DNA from: an uncultured archaeon
GTDB taxonomy: Archaea > Aenigmatarchaeota > Aenigmatarchaeia > CG10238-14 > SCSR01
Assembly: GCA_964372485.1 (NCBI GenBank)
Contig: CAYJQI010000001.1
Span: forward strand, 707,829-771,828
Length of the DNA stretch: 64,000 bases
Direction of reading: 5' to 3'
Shown here: positions 25,633-33,145 of the stretch, one piece after another
How positions within the stretch are numbered: position 1 is the stretch's first letter
Layout: each line of letters begins with the position of its first letter
Position numbers and translations under genes: made by a program
Notes under the pieces: model-generated
What the model was told of the DNA's origin: nothing
Database searches by the model: none
What the model saw: the letters and a program-made list of their open reading frames with translations, nothing else

Positions 25633-26174
25633 GTGATTTTATGTATTCACGAGAATTTTCTATTCCAGAAGGCGTTACGATTGAAGTTGATAATAATAAG
25701 GTAAAAGTTTCTGGAAGTAAGGGTGAAATAAAGAAGGAGTTCAAGCTTACATACAATACAAAAATCCAAAAACAGGATAAAAAGATAGTTGTATCATCTG
25801 AATCTGAGGAGAGAAAGGCGAAGGCTCTTGTTGGGACGATAGCTGCTCATCTAAGGAACATGTCGAAAGGTGTGACGGAAGGTTATACTTATAAAATGAA
25901 GATAGTTTACAGCCACTTTCCTATGACTGTCAAAATTGATGGAAATAAAGTTGTAACTCAGAACTTTATAGGTGAAAGAACTTTGAGAACTGCAAAAATT
26001 ATTGGAAATACTCAAGTTAAAATTGAGGGACAGGACATGACAATAACTGGGATTGATTTAGATGAGGTAGGTGCAACAGCATCTAATATTGAATTATCAT
26101 GCAGAATAGTTGGGTATGATAAAAGAAGATTTAATGATGGAATTTTTTTAACCCATGGTAAAAAGGCGGTTTAA
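25629..26174 (+). CDS. rpl6: Ribosomal protein uL6
   Basis: It shows the typical two-domain uL6 pattern and overlaps the rps8 stop by 4 nt. Confidence 0.93.
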   Translation: MSDFMYSREFSIPEGVTIEVDNNKVKVSGSKGEIKKEFKLTYNTKIQKQDKKIVVSSESEERKAKALVGTIAAHLRNMSKGVTEGYTYKMKIVYSHFPMTVKIDGNKVVTQNFIGERTLRTAKIIGNTQVKIEGQDMTITGIDLDEVGATASNIELSCRIVGYDKRRFNDGIFLTHGKKAV

Positions 26175-26512
26175 TGAATAAAAGAAAAAATCCAAAATTT
26201 TTAAGATGGCCTTCGAAATCGTTGAAGAAGTTAAAATCGGCATGGAGAAGACCTAAGGGAATTAATTCAAAGATCGCAGAAAAGAGAAAAGGCAAGCAAC
26301 CAATGCCTAATCCAGGTTACGGTGCACCTAGAAATACGAAATATCTTCATCCTTCAGGATACAAAGAAGTGAGGGTTGAAAATGTTAAAGGTTTAGAAAA
26401 AGTAGACATCAAGAAAGAAGCTGTAAGAATTGCATCTGCTGTCGGCGAAAGGAAGAGAGCTGAAATTGTAAAAAAAGCAGAAGAAATGAAATTGAAAGTT
26501 TTGAACCCTTAA
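26174..26512 (+). CDS. rpl32e: Ribosomal protein eL32
   Basis: KFLRW....K.L...WRRPKGINSK......G...MPNPGYGAPR..KYLHPSGY matches eL32. Confidence 0.92.
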   Translation: MNKRKNPKFLRWPSKSLKKLKSAWRRPKGINSKIAEKRKGKQPMPNPGYGAPRNTKYLHPSGYKEVRVENVKGLEKVDIKKEAVRIASAVGERKRAEIVKKAEEMKLKVLNP

Positions 26513-26690
26513 TATTTTCTGTTTGAAAAGAAGCATAGTTGTTTGTGGCTGTCTATAAGAGTGTAGATTTTTTTATTGCAATATGGACAGATACCTTCTG
26601 GTTCCTTCGAGTCTTCCGGCACAATATCAACCTTTAATTACTTGTTCCATGTTGTTCTTAAGGTTTAGAATGTCCTACATACGATGTGAT

Positions 26691-26710
26691 ATTGTAACAC
26701 GTGTTACAAT
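26691..26710. promoter_or_regulatory. Perfect 20-nt palindrome ATTGTAACACGTGTTACAAT, a candidate operator or hairpin about 100 nt upstream of the LAGLIDADG/HTH gene
   Basis: Read directly from the sequence. It is followed by a GGAGGTT (26715-26721) / AACCTCC (26761-26767) inverted repeat. Confidence 0.4.
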
Positions 26711-26809
26711 TGTAGGAGGTTGAAAGATGTTGCATATGCGATAATAAGTAAAAGGAAATGAACCTCCGATAAGTTTAAAAATTGAAAATTTAATTGTATT
26801 ACCAGAAGT

Positions 26810-27880
26810 ATGTTTTATAAATCCGTACCTTTAAATCTAAAAATTAGAATACCTAATTATTTAATCGGATTAGTAGATGAAACAGACGGAAAAGGAAATT
26901 CTCTCTATATTACTGGTGCATCTGAATTTATTGAAAATATTTGGAACGAAATAACAGAAAAGAATAGAAAATTAAATGTTAGGCAATTGATTCCAAAAAT
27001 ATTTGGTGTTACCACCGCCACATTTTATTCGTATAGAACAGGTAAAAAATCCATTTCCATTCAAAATCTCTATAACTTAATTAAGCTTTGGGCGGAAATC
27101 TGCAACAAAAAATTTAATGAGTTGGAAGAAAAATGGAACGAATTTTATTTAAGCTATGATTATTATTTTGTAACACACAATAAATGTCAAAAAGTCAGAC
27201 TGCCAAGGCAAATTACTCCGAATTTATCCTACTTAATAGGATGGTTGTGTGGTGATGGGCACTTTAAGCAATCACATAATTATATAGTTAAAATAAGTGA
27301 AAAATCACAAAGTCAATTGAAACAAGTATTAAAACCATTAATCAAAGAGTTGTTTGGAATCGATGTACCTATTTTCAGACGTTATATGAATGGTTATGCG
27401 ATACAATTTGGATCAAAATCAATCTATCGTTTCTTTAAAAAGATTCTAAAGATTAATGTTGGTGAAATACCCGACTTTATAAAAAGTTTAGACAAAATAA
27501 ATAAACGTTATTTTTTAATGGGTGTTTTTGATTCAGAAGGATGTGTGCTCAGAAGTAGAAATAGGATATCCATCGCTCAATCCAAGAAAGACTTTCTTAT
27601 ACAAATTATGAAACTAATGGAAGAGTTGGGAGTTCGGTTTCAAAAACCTACATTTCATAAAACTAAATTGGGAGAGTGGTACAGTATTAGACTTGGTTCT
27701 AAGAAAGATTTTATAGCATTTTCAGAAAGAGTTGGTTCTTACCATGTAGATAAAAAGATTCTCTTGCAAAAATGGGTTGATAAAATTAAGAATGGGGGGG
27801 ATTACCAATTTCTCCTAACTCTTTCTTTCAATCCAAACATGAATAATGTCCCAAGCAAAATTAAAACTGAACATATATAG
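26810..27880 (+). CDS. Free-standing double-motif LAGLIDADG homing-endonuclease-like protein with an N-terminal HTH
   Basis: LAGLIDADG motifs are LSYLIGWLCGDGHF and KRYFLMGVFDSEGCV. The N-terminal HTH-like unit is VTTATFYSYRTGKKSISIQNLYNLIKLW. Confidence 0.8.
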   Translation: MFYKSVPLNLKIRIPNYLIGLVDETDGKGNSLYITGASEFIENIWNEITEKNRKLNVRQLIPKIFGVTTATFYSYRTGKKSISIQNLYNLIKLWAEICNKKFNELEEKWNEFYLSYDYYFVTHNKCQKVRLPRQITPNLSYLIGWLCGDGHFKQSHNYIVKISEKSQSQLKQVLKPLIKELFGIDVPIFRRYMNGYAIQFGSKSIYRFFKKILKINVGEIPDFIKSLDKINKRYFLMGVFDSEGCVLRSRNRISIAQSKKDFLIQIMKLMEELGVRFQKPTFHKTKLGEWYSIRLGSKKDFIAFSERVGSYHVDKKILLQKWVDKIKNGGDYQFLLTLSFNPNMNNVPSKIKTEHI

Positions 27881-28362
27881 AAGATTAATTTGAATCCGGA
27901 AAATCCTATCAGAAATCCTGCCATTATTATGGCTGCACCTGAGACCATGTCTATTAAGAAACTGTAAATACCAAGTTGAGTTCCTCGTCTTCTTTTTTTC
28001 GTTATATCCGCGAGAAAACTCGTATGAACAGTATCATCAATCGCATTCAAAACTCCATATAATGCTTGTACAATGTACAACTGAACTACAGAAGTTATCA
28101 ATGTGTAAGAAAACACAACTGCTGCATATGACAATGACATTGCAATCAGAATTGGTTTTCGTCCTATCTTGTCAGAAAATCTACCCACAAACAATCCAAC
28201 TAACGCAGAAACAAATGTCATTATTCCAAAAGCTATACCAAACTCCTCAATATTTCCACCTATCTGACTAACATAGAGATAGTAGAAGGGTCCTATCATT
28301 CCCCAGCCAAGATGCATGATGGAATTGGATATGGCATATAGAGCAAAGTTTGTCAGCCTCAT
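27802..28362 (-). pseudogene. Half-length MFS transporter (TM1-TM6 only), either a truncated remnant or a half-transporter
   Basis: MFS motif A is GRFSDKIGRKP between TM2 and TM3. There are six helices, then a stop in what would be the central loop. The 3' end overlaps the convergent LAGLIDADG ORF by 79 nt. Confidence 0.55.
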
Positions 28363-28430
28363 TTTACTAATTTGGGAGAGCTAAAATAAACATTTAAATC
28401 CTATTCTTTAGAAGTAAATGAAGTGAATTT

Positions 28431-28850
28431 ATGCCAAGCCTACAGAAGAAATTAGCTGGAAAAGTATTGAAAACAGGTTTGTCCAGAGTTTGGTTGAACC
28501 CATTGAAGATGACTGATATAGAGAAAGCTATCACAAAATGGGATATACGTAAACTTGTTAAGAAGGGAGATATTAAAAAATTACCAGCTGCCATTCGAGT
28601 CAGAGGAGAAGTTAAAAGAAAGAAGAAAGGTCATGGAAGCACGAAAGGTAAGAAATATGCTGTTGTTACGAGAAAGAGCAGATGGATTTACACTATTAGA
28701 CCTCAAAGAAGAATGTTGGAAGAATTGAAAGATACTGGAAAACTTGACAAAGTCACATATAGAAAATTATACATGCTCGCTAAAGGTGGAATGTTCAGAA
28801 GCAGAGCACACTTGAAGTTATACATGGAACAGAACAAAATGTTAAAGTGA
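28431..28850 (+). CDS. rpl19e: Ribosomal protein eL19
   Basis: LQKKLAGKVLKTGLSRVWLNP... is a typical eL19 N-terminus. Confidence 0.93.
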   Translation: MPSLQKKLAGKVLKTGLSRVWLNPLKMTDIEKAITKWDIRKLVKKGDIKKLPAAIRVRGEVKRKKKGHGSTKGKKYAVVTRKSRWIYTIRPQRRMLEELKDTGKLDKVTYRKLYMLAKGGMFRSRAHLKLYMEQNKMLK

Positions 28851-28854
28851 TTTT

Positions 28855-29367
28855 ATGAAACTTTCTCCTAAATATAAAATGTCATTTAAGCGTAGAAGGG
28901 AAGGAAGAACAGATTATTCGAAAAGATTGGGATTGTTGAAATCTGGAAAACCATTGCTTGTTGTTAGAAAAAGTTTAAATTACATCACCGCACAGATTGT
29001 GGAATTTAATGGAAAAGGTGACAAAGTTGTTGCATCAGTAACTAGTAGAGAATTGAAAAAATTGGGATGGAATTTTGCATGTGATAATTTACCTGCAGCT
29101 TATTTGACTGGATTATTGATTGGAAAGAAATTGCAAGGAAAGGGTAAAGAAACAATATTGAATTCTGGATTATATCCATCAGTCAAAGGATCTCGAATAT
29201 ATGCTGTTGTTAAAGGAGCGAAAGATGCTGGATTGAATGTTCCTATTGAAGAAGAATCTTTACCAAGCGATCAAAGATTGAAGGGCGAACATATTGCGTC
29301 AAATGAAAAGTTTAAGAGCTTGCCTTCAGAATTTGAAAAGATTAAAGGAAAGATAATGGGTGGATAA
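28855..29367 (+). CDS. rpl18: Ribosomal protein uL18
   Basis: The motif RRREGRTDYSKRLGLLKSGKPLLVVRKSLNYITAQIV is present. Confidence 0.93.
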   Translation: MKLSPKYKMSFKRRREGRTDYSKRLGLLKSGKPLLVVRKSLNYITAQIVEFNGKGDKVVASVTSRELKKLGWNFACDNLPAAYLTGLLIGKKLQGKGKETILNSGLYPSVKGSRIYAVVKGAKDAGLNVPIEEESLPSDQRLKGEHIASNEKFKSLPSEFEKIKGKIMGG

Positions 29368-30120
29368 ATGCAGGAAGTTAAAGAAAAACCTAAGGAAGTT
29401 ACTGAAGAGAAATTAACTATTGTTCCAATAACTCCAGAAGAAGCTCCAAAATCCATAGAAGAAATTCCTCTTGAAGAAAAGAAAATTGATTGGACTCCAA
29501 AAACAACTTTGGGTAAGGAAGTTTTTGAAGGAAAAATAACTAACATCGAAGATATTCTTTTTTCGGGAAAGAAAATAATTGAACCTGAAATTGTTGATTT
29601 TCTTGTACCAGGAATACAGAGCGAATTGATCCTTATTGGTGGAAGACCTGGAAAAGGCGGTGGAATTGAAAGAATTCCAATTAGAATAACTGCCAAGATG
29701 CATAGTTCGGGAAGAAGATTTAGAACATCAGCATTGTTTGTCATTGGAAATGGAAATGGGATTATTGGAGTTGGAAGAGGTTCAAGTGTTGAGCCAAGAA
29801 CTTCGATGAACAAAGCACTTAGAAAAGCGAAATTGAGTGTAATAAAAATTGATCGGGGTTGTGGTGATTGGGAATGCGGATGTGGATTGGAACATTCTAT
29901 TCCATACAAAACAAGAGGTCATTCGGGATCAGTGAAAGTTGATTTATTGCCTGCACCAAAAGGAGTTGGACTTGTTGCTGATAATGAGAGTAAGAAGTTA
30001 TTGAGAATGGCAGGAATAAAGGATATTTGGGTAAAGACTTTCGGAAATACTGCAAATAGAATTAATTTAATGTATGCTGTTTTTGACGCGTTGAAGAGAT
30101 TGTACATTTACAAGAAATAG
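29368..30120 (+). CDS. rps5: Ribosomal protein uS5, with a ~45-aa acidic N-terminal extension
   Basis: The S5 dsRBD and C-terminal domain are seen (GRRFRTSALFVIGNGNGIIGVGRG...; GSVKVDLLPAPKGVGLV). Confidence 0.93.
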   Translation: MQEVKEKPKEVTEEKLTIVPITPEEAPKSIEEIPLEEKKIDWTPKTTLGKEVFEGKITNIEDILFSGKKIIEPEIVDFLVPGIQSELILIGGRPGKGGGIERIPIRITAKMHSSGRRFRTSALFVIGNGNGIIGVGRGSSVEPRTSMNKALRKAKLSVIKIDRGCGDWECGCGLEHSIPYKTRGHSGSVKVDLLPAPKGVGLVADNESKKLLRMAGIKDIWVKTFGNTANRINLMYAVFDALKRLYIYKK

Positions 30121-30121
30121 G

Positions 30122-30421
30122 TTATGTTGTTATCCAAACTTTTCCAATTATCAAATCTTTTGTTATTGGTCCAAAATGCCTACTATCTTGACTGAAACCT
30201 TTGTTGTCACCAACAACATAAATTTCATTTGAATTTGTTATTACGGATATGCGTTTTATAAGAAATTTGTCTTTTTCTTTCGGATGTTTCAATACAATGA
30301 CATCTCCTTTCGAAGGTTTACCAAAAACATACGCGAGTTTATTCACAAGAACATAATCACCGGATTTGAATGAAGGTTCCATACTTTTATCTGCGATCTT
30401 GAATCGTGATATAGGAAACAT
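30122..30421 (-). CDS. sodX: SodX-like S26-family (bacterial LepB-type Ser/Lys) maturation peptidase for NiSOD
   Basis: The Ser box is DKSMEPSFKSGDYVLV, the Lys box is LIKRI, and GDN...S.DSR is present. It has only 99 aa and no TM segment. It sits immediately downstream of sodN, as in Streptomyces and cyanobacteria. Confidence 0.75.
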   Translation of the reverse strand: MFPISRFKIADKSMEPSFKSGDYVLVNKLAYVFGKPSKGDVIVLKHPKEKDKFLIKRISVITNSNEIYVVGDNKGFSQDSRHFGPITKDLIIGKVWITT

Positions 30422-30424
30422 AAG

Positions 30425-30913
30425 CTACTTCTTTGAAATTGGATATATTGTTTCCTTTTCTGTAGGATAAGGTGCTTTGAATCTTGCTGTCCCGAAACCT
30501 TTAGTCTCCCAAAATATTTCTGCGATTTCATTCACAGCTTCTAAAAGCTCATCTGCAGCTTGCATGTTAACTTCCTGTCTAGCTTTCGAAGCAAGTTTCA
30601 TAATTTTCCATACAAGCTCATGTAAATCAGGATAATCTTTCAAGTGTTCTTGTTTAAAGTAATCTCCCCACAAAATTCTAATTTCATGTTTGCATAATTC
30701 AGCATGTTCATCCTTCACTTTTGCATATCTCGCGATCTTATGAGGATCTTCTTTAGCATCTTCAATCAATTTCGTCATTCTTATCACGGTATGCGCGGCC
30801 ATTTGTGCAATGTGGGGGTCGTATATACCGCATGGAATATCGCAGTGAGCATATGCAATTCTCGCAGGAAATATTCTGTCTAATAATTTGAATGTTAAAT
30901 GAATTAGATTCAT
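30425..30913 (-). CDS. sodN: Nickel-containing superoxide dismutase precursor
   Basis: The Ni-hook HCDIPCGIYDP (consensus HCxxPCGxY) is preceded by a 22-aa leader ending ...IAYA. A four-helix-bundle-length C-terminus follows. Confidence 0.88.
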   Translation of the reverse strand: MNLIHLTFKLLDRIFPARIAYAHCDIPCGIYDPHIAQMAAHTVIRMTKLIEDAKEDPHKIARYAKVKDEHAELCKHEIRILWGDYFKQEHLKDYPDLHELVWKIMKLASKARQEVNMQAADELLEAVNEIAEIFWETKGFGTARFKAPYPTEKETIYPISKK

Positions 30914-30971
30914 ACTTTAGTTTACGATATCCGAATATTAATATCTTCGAATTTAGCAAGGATTTTTCTTT

Positions 30972-31985
30972 TTAGTTTGGATGTGTTACCATGCACAATA
31001 TATCCGAACCACCCTTGAAGCATTCTTTCGATATTCTCTCTCTCCCTCTAAATGTCAATGTATAGAGATTTAGTTTTCTCCCGAATAATCGTACATTATT
31101 TTTTCTTGGAAGTTTGTGATGATAGAATATTCTAAACCCTAGCAACTTAACTCCATTATGCAACGCAATAATTTTAGATTTATTCGGATGCAATTCAAGT
31201 TTCAATTTCTGCTTCAAGAAATTACCAATTAGCCATTTGTATAACAAAAGTTTGCCTTTAGATCTGTGTAAGATAACAAAATCATCGACATACCGGATAT
31301 AATATTTTGCCTTAAGATTATGTTTGATGTAATAATCCAATTCATTTAGATACACATTAGCAAAGAACTGACTCGTAAGATTTCCAAGAGGCATACCTTT
31401 TCCTTTAATTTTGAAAGTGTGGTTGTCCAAAATTATTTTTATTACCCGAAGAAATTTTTCATCCTTTATCTTCTTTCTTATTACATTCATTAGGATTTCT
31501 ATATCCACTGTATCGAAATAATGTTTTATGTCTGCTTTTAATGCGTAACCAACAATCACATTTTTGTCTTGAAATTTATGAAGCAATTCACCGTTTCTGG
31601 TAACTTTTCTTTTGAAATAGTCAAACCTTTTTAATCCAACATGCGTCCCTTTATTTTTTCTGTTTGCGTAGCTATCATATATGAAAGTCTTCTCAAATAT
31701 TGGTTCGATTATATTGCAAACAGCATGATGTATTACACGATCTCTAAAATCTGAAGCATGGATTACTCTTGTTTTTGGATCGCGTATTATGAATCTCTTG
31801 AGTGGAGATGGATTGTAAATTTGTGTTTCTAATTCTCTCTTTAATTTTCTTATTTCATTGTGCAAATTTGATTCGAACTCTTGAACATACCATTTCTTTG
31901 ATTTGCCTTTCTTCGCTTTCTTGAAAGCTAATAAAAGATTTTCTAATGAACAAAGCTGAATAAAAATATTATCATATGTTTTCAT
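30972..31985 (-). CDS. Diversity-generating retroelement (DGR) reverse transcriptase
   Basis: The RT motifs include IRYVDDFVIL (YxDD). The DGR-typical block is MPLGNLTSQFFANVYLNELD, an [ILV]GxxxSQ where group II intron RTs have QGxxxSP. The N-terminus LENLLLAFKKAKKGK...FRDRVIHHAV resembles other DGR RTs. The adjacent TR/VR pair supports the call. The ATG at 31985 is preferred over the track GTG at 31994. Confidence 0.88.
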   Translation of the reverse strand: MKTYDNIFIQLCSLENLLLAFKKAKKGKSKKWYVQEFESNLHNEIRKLKRELETQIYNPSPLKRFIIRDPKTRVIHASDFRDRVIHHAVCNIIEPIFEKTFIYDSYANRKNKGTHVGLKRFDYFKRKVTRNGELLHKFQDKNVIVGYALKADIKHYFDTVDIEILMNVIRKKIKDEKFLRVIKIILDNHTFKIKGKGMPLGNLTSQFFANVYLNELDYYIKHNLKAKYYIRYVDDFVILHRSKGKLLLYKWLIGNFLKQKLKLELHPNKSKIIALHNGVKLLGFRIFYHHKLPRKNNVRLFGRKLNLYTLTFRGRERISKECFKGGSDILCMVTHPN

Positions 31986-32018
31986 AAAAATCACGGTAGT
32001 GCCACATCCCAGGTTATT

Positions 32019-32176
32019 GGGCGGAAACCAAGACCCGTAATATCGTCTCTAAAGGATTTCGAATTCGATGGCCTCCTGTTCGCATTTACGCCAAGCAACA
32101 TCTTGTTCGCGTTGAATCGCCTTTCACTTTTTCTGCAATCGTGGGGATTCAAGTTCCAATTGCCACGAATGACAGC
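32019..32176 (-). repeat. DGR template repeat (TR), 158 nt
   Basis: It aligns to 32494-32597 with identity at every non-adenine position (coding strand). It is A-rich, with AAT/AAC codons. It shares the A-free 3' segment GGTCTTGGTTTCCGCCC with the VR and lies 33 nt upstream of the RT start. Confidence 0.85.
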
Positions 32177-32381
32177 TAATTTAGCCTAATCCACCAAGTT
32201 TTCACTGAAGCTTCAGGTTTCACACTAGTCACATCTGTTCATTCATCATTGTTACTATCTGTCGCCTCTGTATTTCATGGCTAAACGGGAAAAAAGTTGT
32301 TTAATGCACTATGGACAGGCGTGTAGCCTGGGACTGATGAGCAGACTACCGTAAGTAGAATTTAGTGAAACAGAATAATAA

Positions 32382-33113
32382 CTATTGTTTTCCGAGTAAT
32401 TTACCTAAAGTTTTATAGAGGACTTCTGCTTCCTCTCTAGGAATTTTAACAAAATCAGTTTCATTTCCGTTTTCGATCAGTCCTCGTCTCGCAGGGCGGA
32501 AACCAAGACCCGCAGACGAAACCGACGGCCCCCCGTTCGCAACCGCGCCGAATCGCCCAACGCGGGGACCCAAGCCCCAATCGCCACGAAAGACAGGCCT
32601 TAAACCTTCACAATAATTAAAATCAGAATTACTCCATATATAAGCATCTTCAATTAATCCTAATTCAGGTATGTGGTTTCGTAATCTTCCATCACTTTTT
32701 GGAAAAGTAGGCAGCTCAACTCTTTCACCACCATCGATTAAATAATTTCCATTTCTTGTATCTACAAAAGAACCCTCTATTAAAACAGGAACTTTGCCTT
32801 GTTTCACTTTTGGATTTAATTGCGGAGAATAACTCCCATCTTTGTTAGGCCAAGCTATTAAACTATCCGTCCATTCTGCAGGACCGCTGATCATATCTCT
32901 TTCTATATCAAGATGATTCTTTTCAAAGTAAGCTCTTGCAGCAGACCACTCTTTGCTCGTAGGAATCACTAAACCTCTTTCCTGAACCCATTGTTTTGCA
33001 GCATACCAAGTTATATCAACGATAGGACGACCATCAGTAAGAGCCTTCGTAGTGGCAACATAAAGATTTAATTCAGGAACTTGTTTGTAATTCAATTCAG
33101 TTGCGGTTACCAT
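32382..33113 (-). CDS. DGR variable (target) protein, FGE-sulfatase / C-type-lectin fold
   Basis: ITWYAAKQWVQERGLVIPTSKEWSAA matches the FGE-type v.w.eA..y..w.g.rLPTe.EW..AA pattern. The C-terminal scaffold FRGDWGLGPRVGRFGAVANGGPSVSSAGLGFRPA keeps RGxxW-7x-R-8x-P-7x-GFR spacing. It contains the VR. Confidence 0.85.
   Translation of the reverse strand: MVTATELNYKQVPELNLYVATTKALTDGRPIVDITWYAAKQWVQERGLVIPTSKEWSAARAYFEKNHLDIERDMISGPAEWTDSLIAWPNKDGSYSPQLNPKVKQGKVPVLIEGSFVDTRNGNYLIDGGERVELPTFPKSDGRLRNHIPELGLIEDAYIWSNSDFNYCEGLRPVFRGDWGLGPRVGRFGAVANGGPSVSSAGLGFRPARRGLIENGNETDFVKIPREEAEVLYKTLGKLLGKQ
32494..32597 (-). repeat. DGR variable repeat (VR), 104 nt
   Basis: It has 23 differences from the TR, all at TR adenines: aat->gat, aac->ggc, aat->ggt, cac->cgc and so on. 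It is locally GC-rich as a consequence. Confidence 0.85.
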
Positions 33114-33145
33114 GATTAATTAGATGATAGCAAAGGATTTAAAGA

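Larger units (their letters stand above)
30972..33113 (-). mobile_element. DGR cassette: target(VR) - ~205-nt non-coding leader - TR - RT, with no Avd-like ORF
   Basis: This is the sum of the features above. No ORF of 20 or more codons was seen in 32177-32381 on the cassette strand. Confidence 0.85.

Noticed and set aside
29271-29909. 212-aa minus-strand ORF overlapping rpl18 and rps5. The same applies to 29413..29703, 29919..30107, 25553..25756 and 34821..35093.
   Set aside because: These ORFs lie entirely antisense to strongly conserved ribosomal protein genes. Their translations are low-complexity (Ser/Phe/Ile/Pro-rich) with no motif, as expected for shadow ORFs in AT-rich DNA.
30972-31994. 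Reverse transcriptase as a group II intron or retron RT
   Set aside because: Upstream, I found no group II intron 5' consensus and no retron msr/msd-like inverted repeats. I did not scan downstream of the ORF for domain V/VI-like RNA. The protein has no maturase X or En domain. It carries the DGR-type LGNLTSQ block and is flanked by a TR/VR pair with adenine-specific differences.
32205-32216. 12-nt palindrome CTGAAGCTTCAG as a DGR target-recognition hairpin
   Set aside because: It lies upstream of the TR rather than downstream of the VR, where the functional hairpin of characterised DGRs sits. A 12-nt dyad alone is weak evidence, so it is mentioned only within the leader finding.
32334-32341. 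CTGATGAG (hammerhead ribozyme core-like) on the plus strand in the DGR leader
   Set aside because: I could not build stems I-III or find a properly placed GAAA and cleavage site. It is also on the strand opposite to the cassette transcript. It is most likely a chance octamer.
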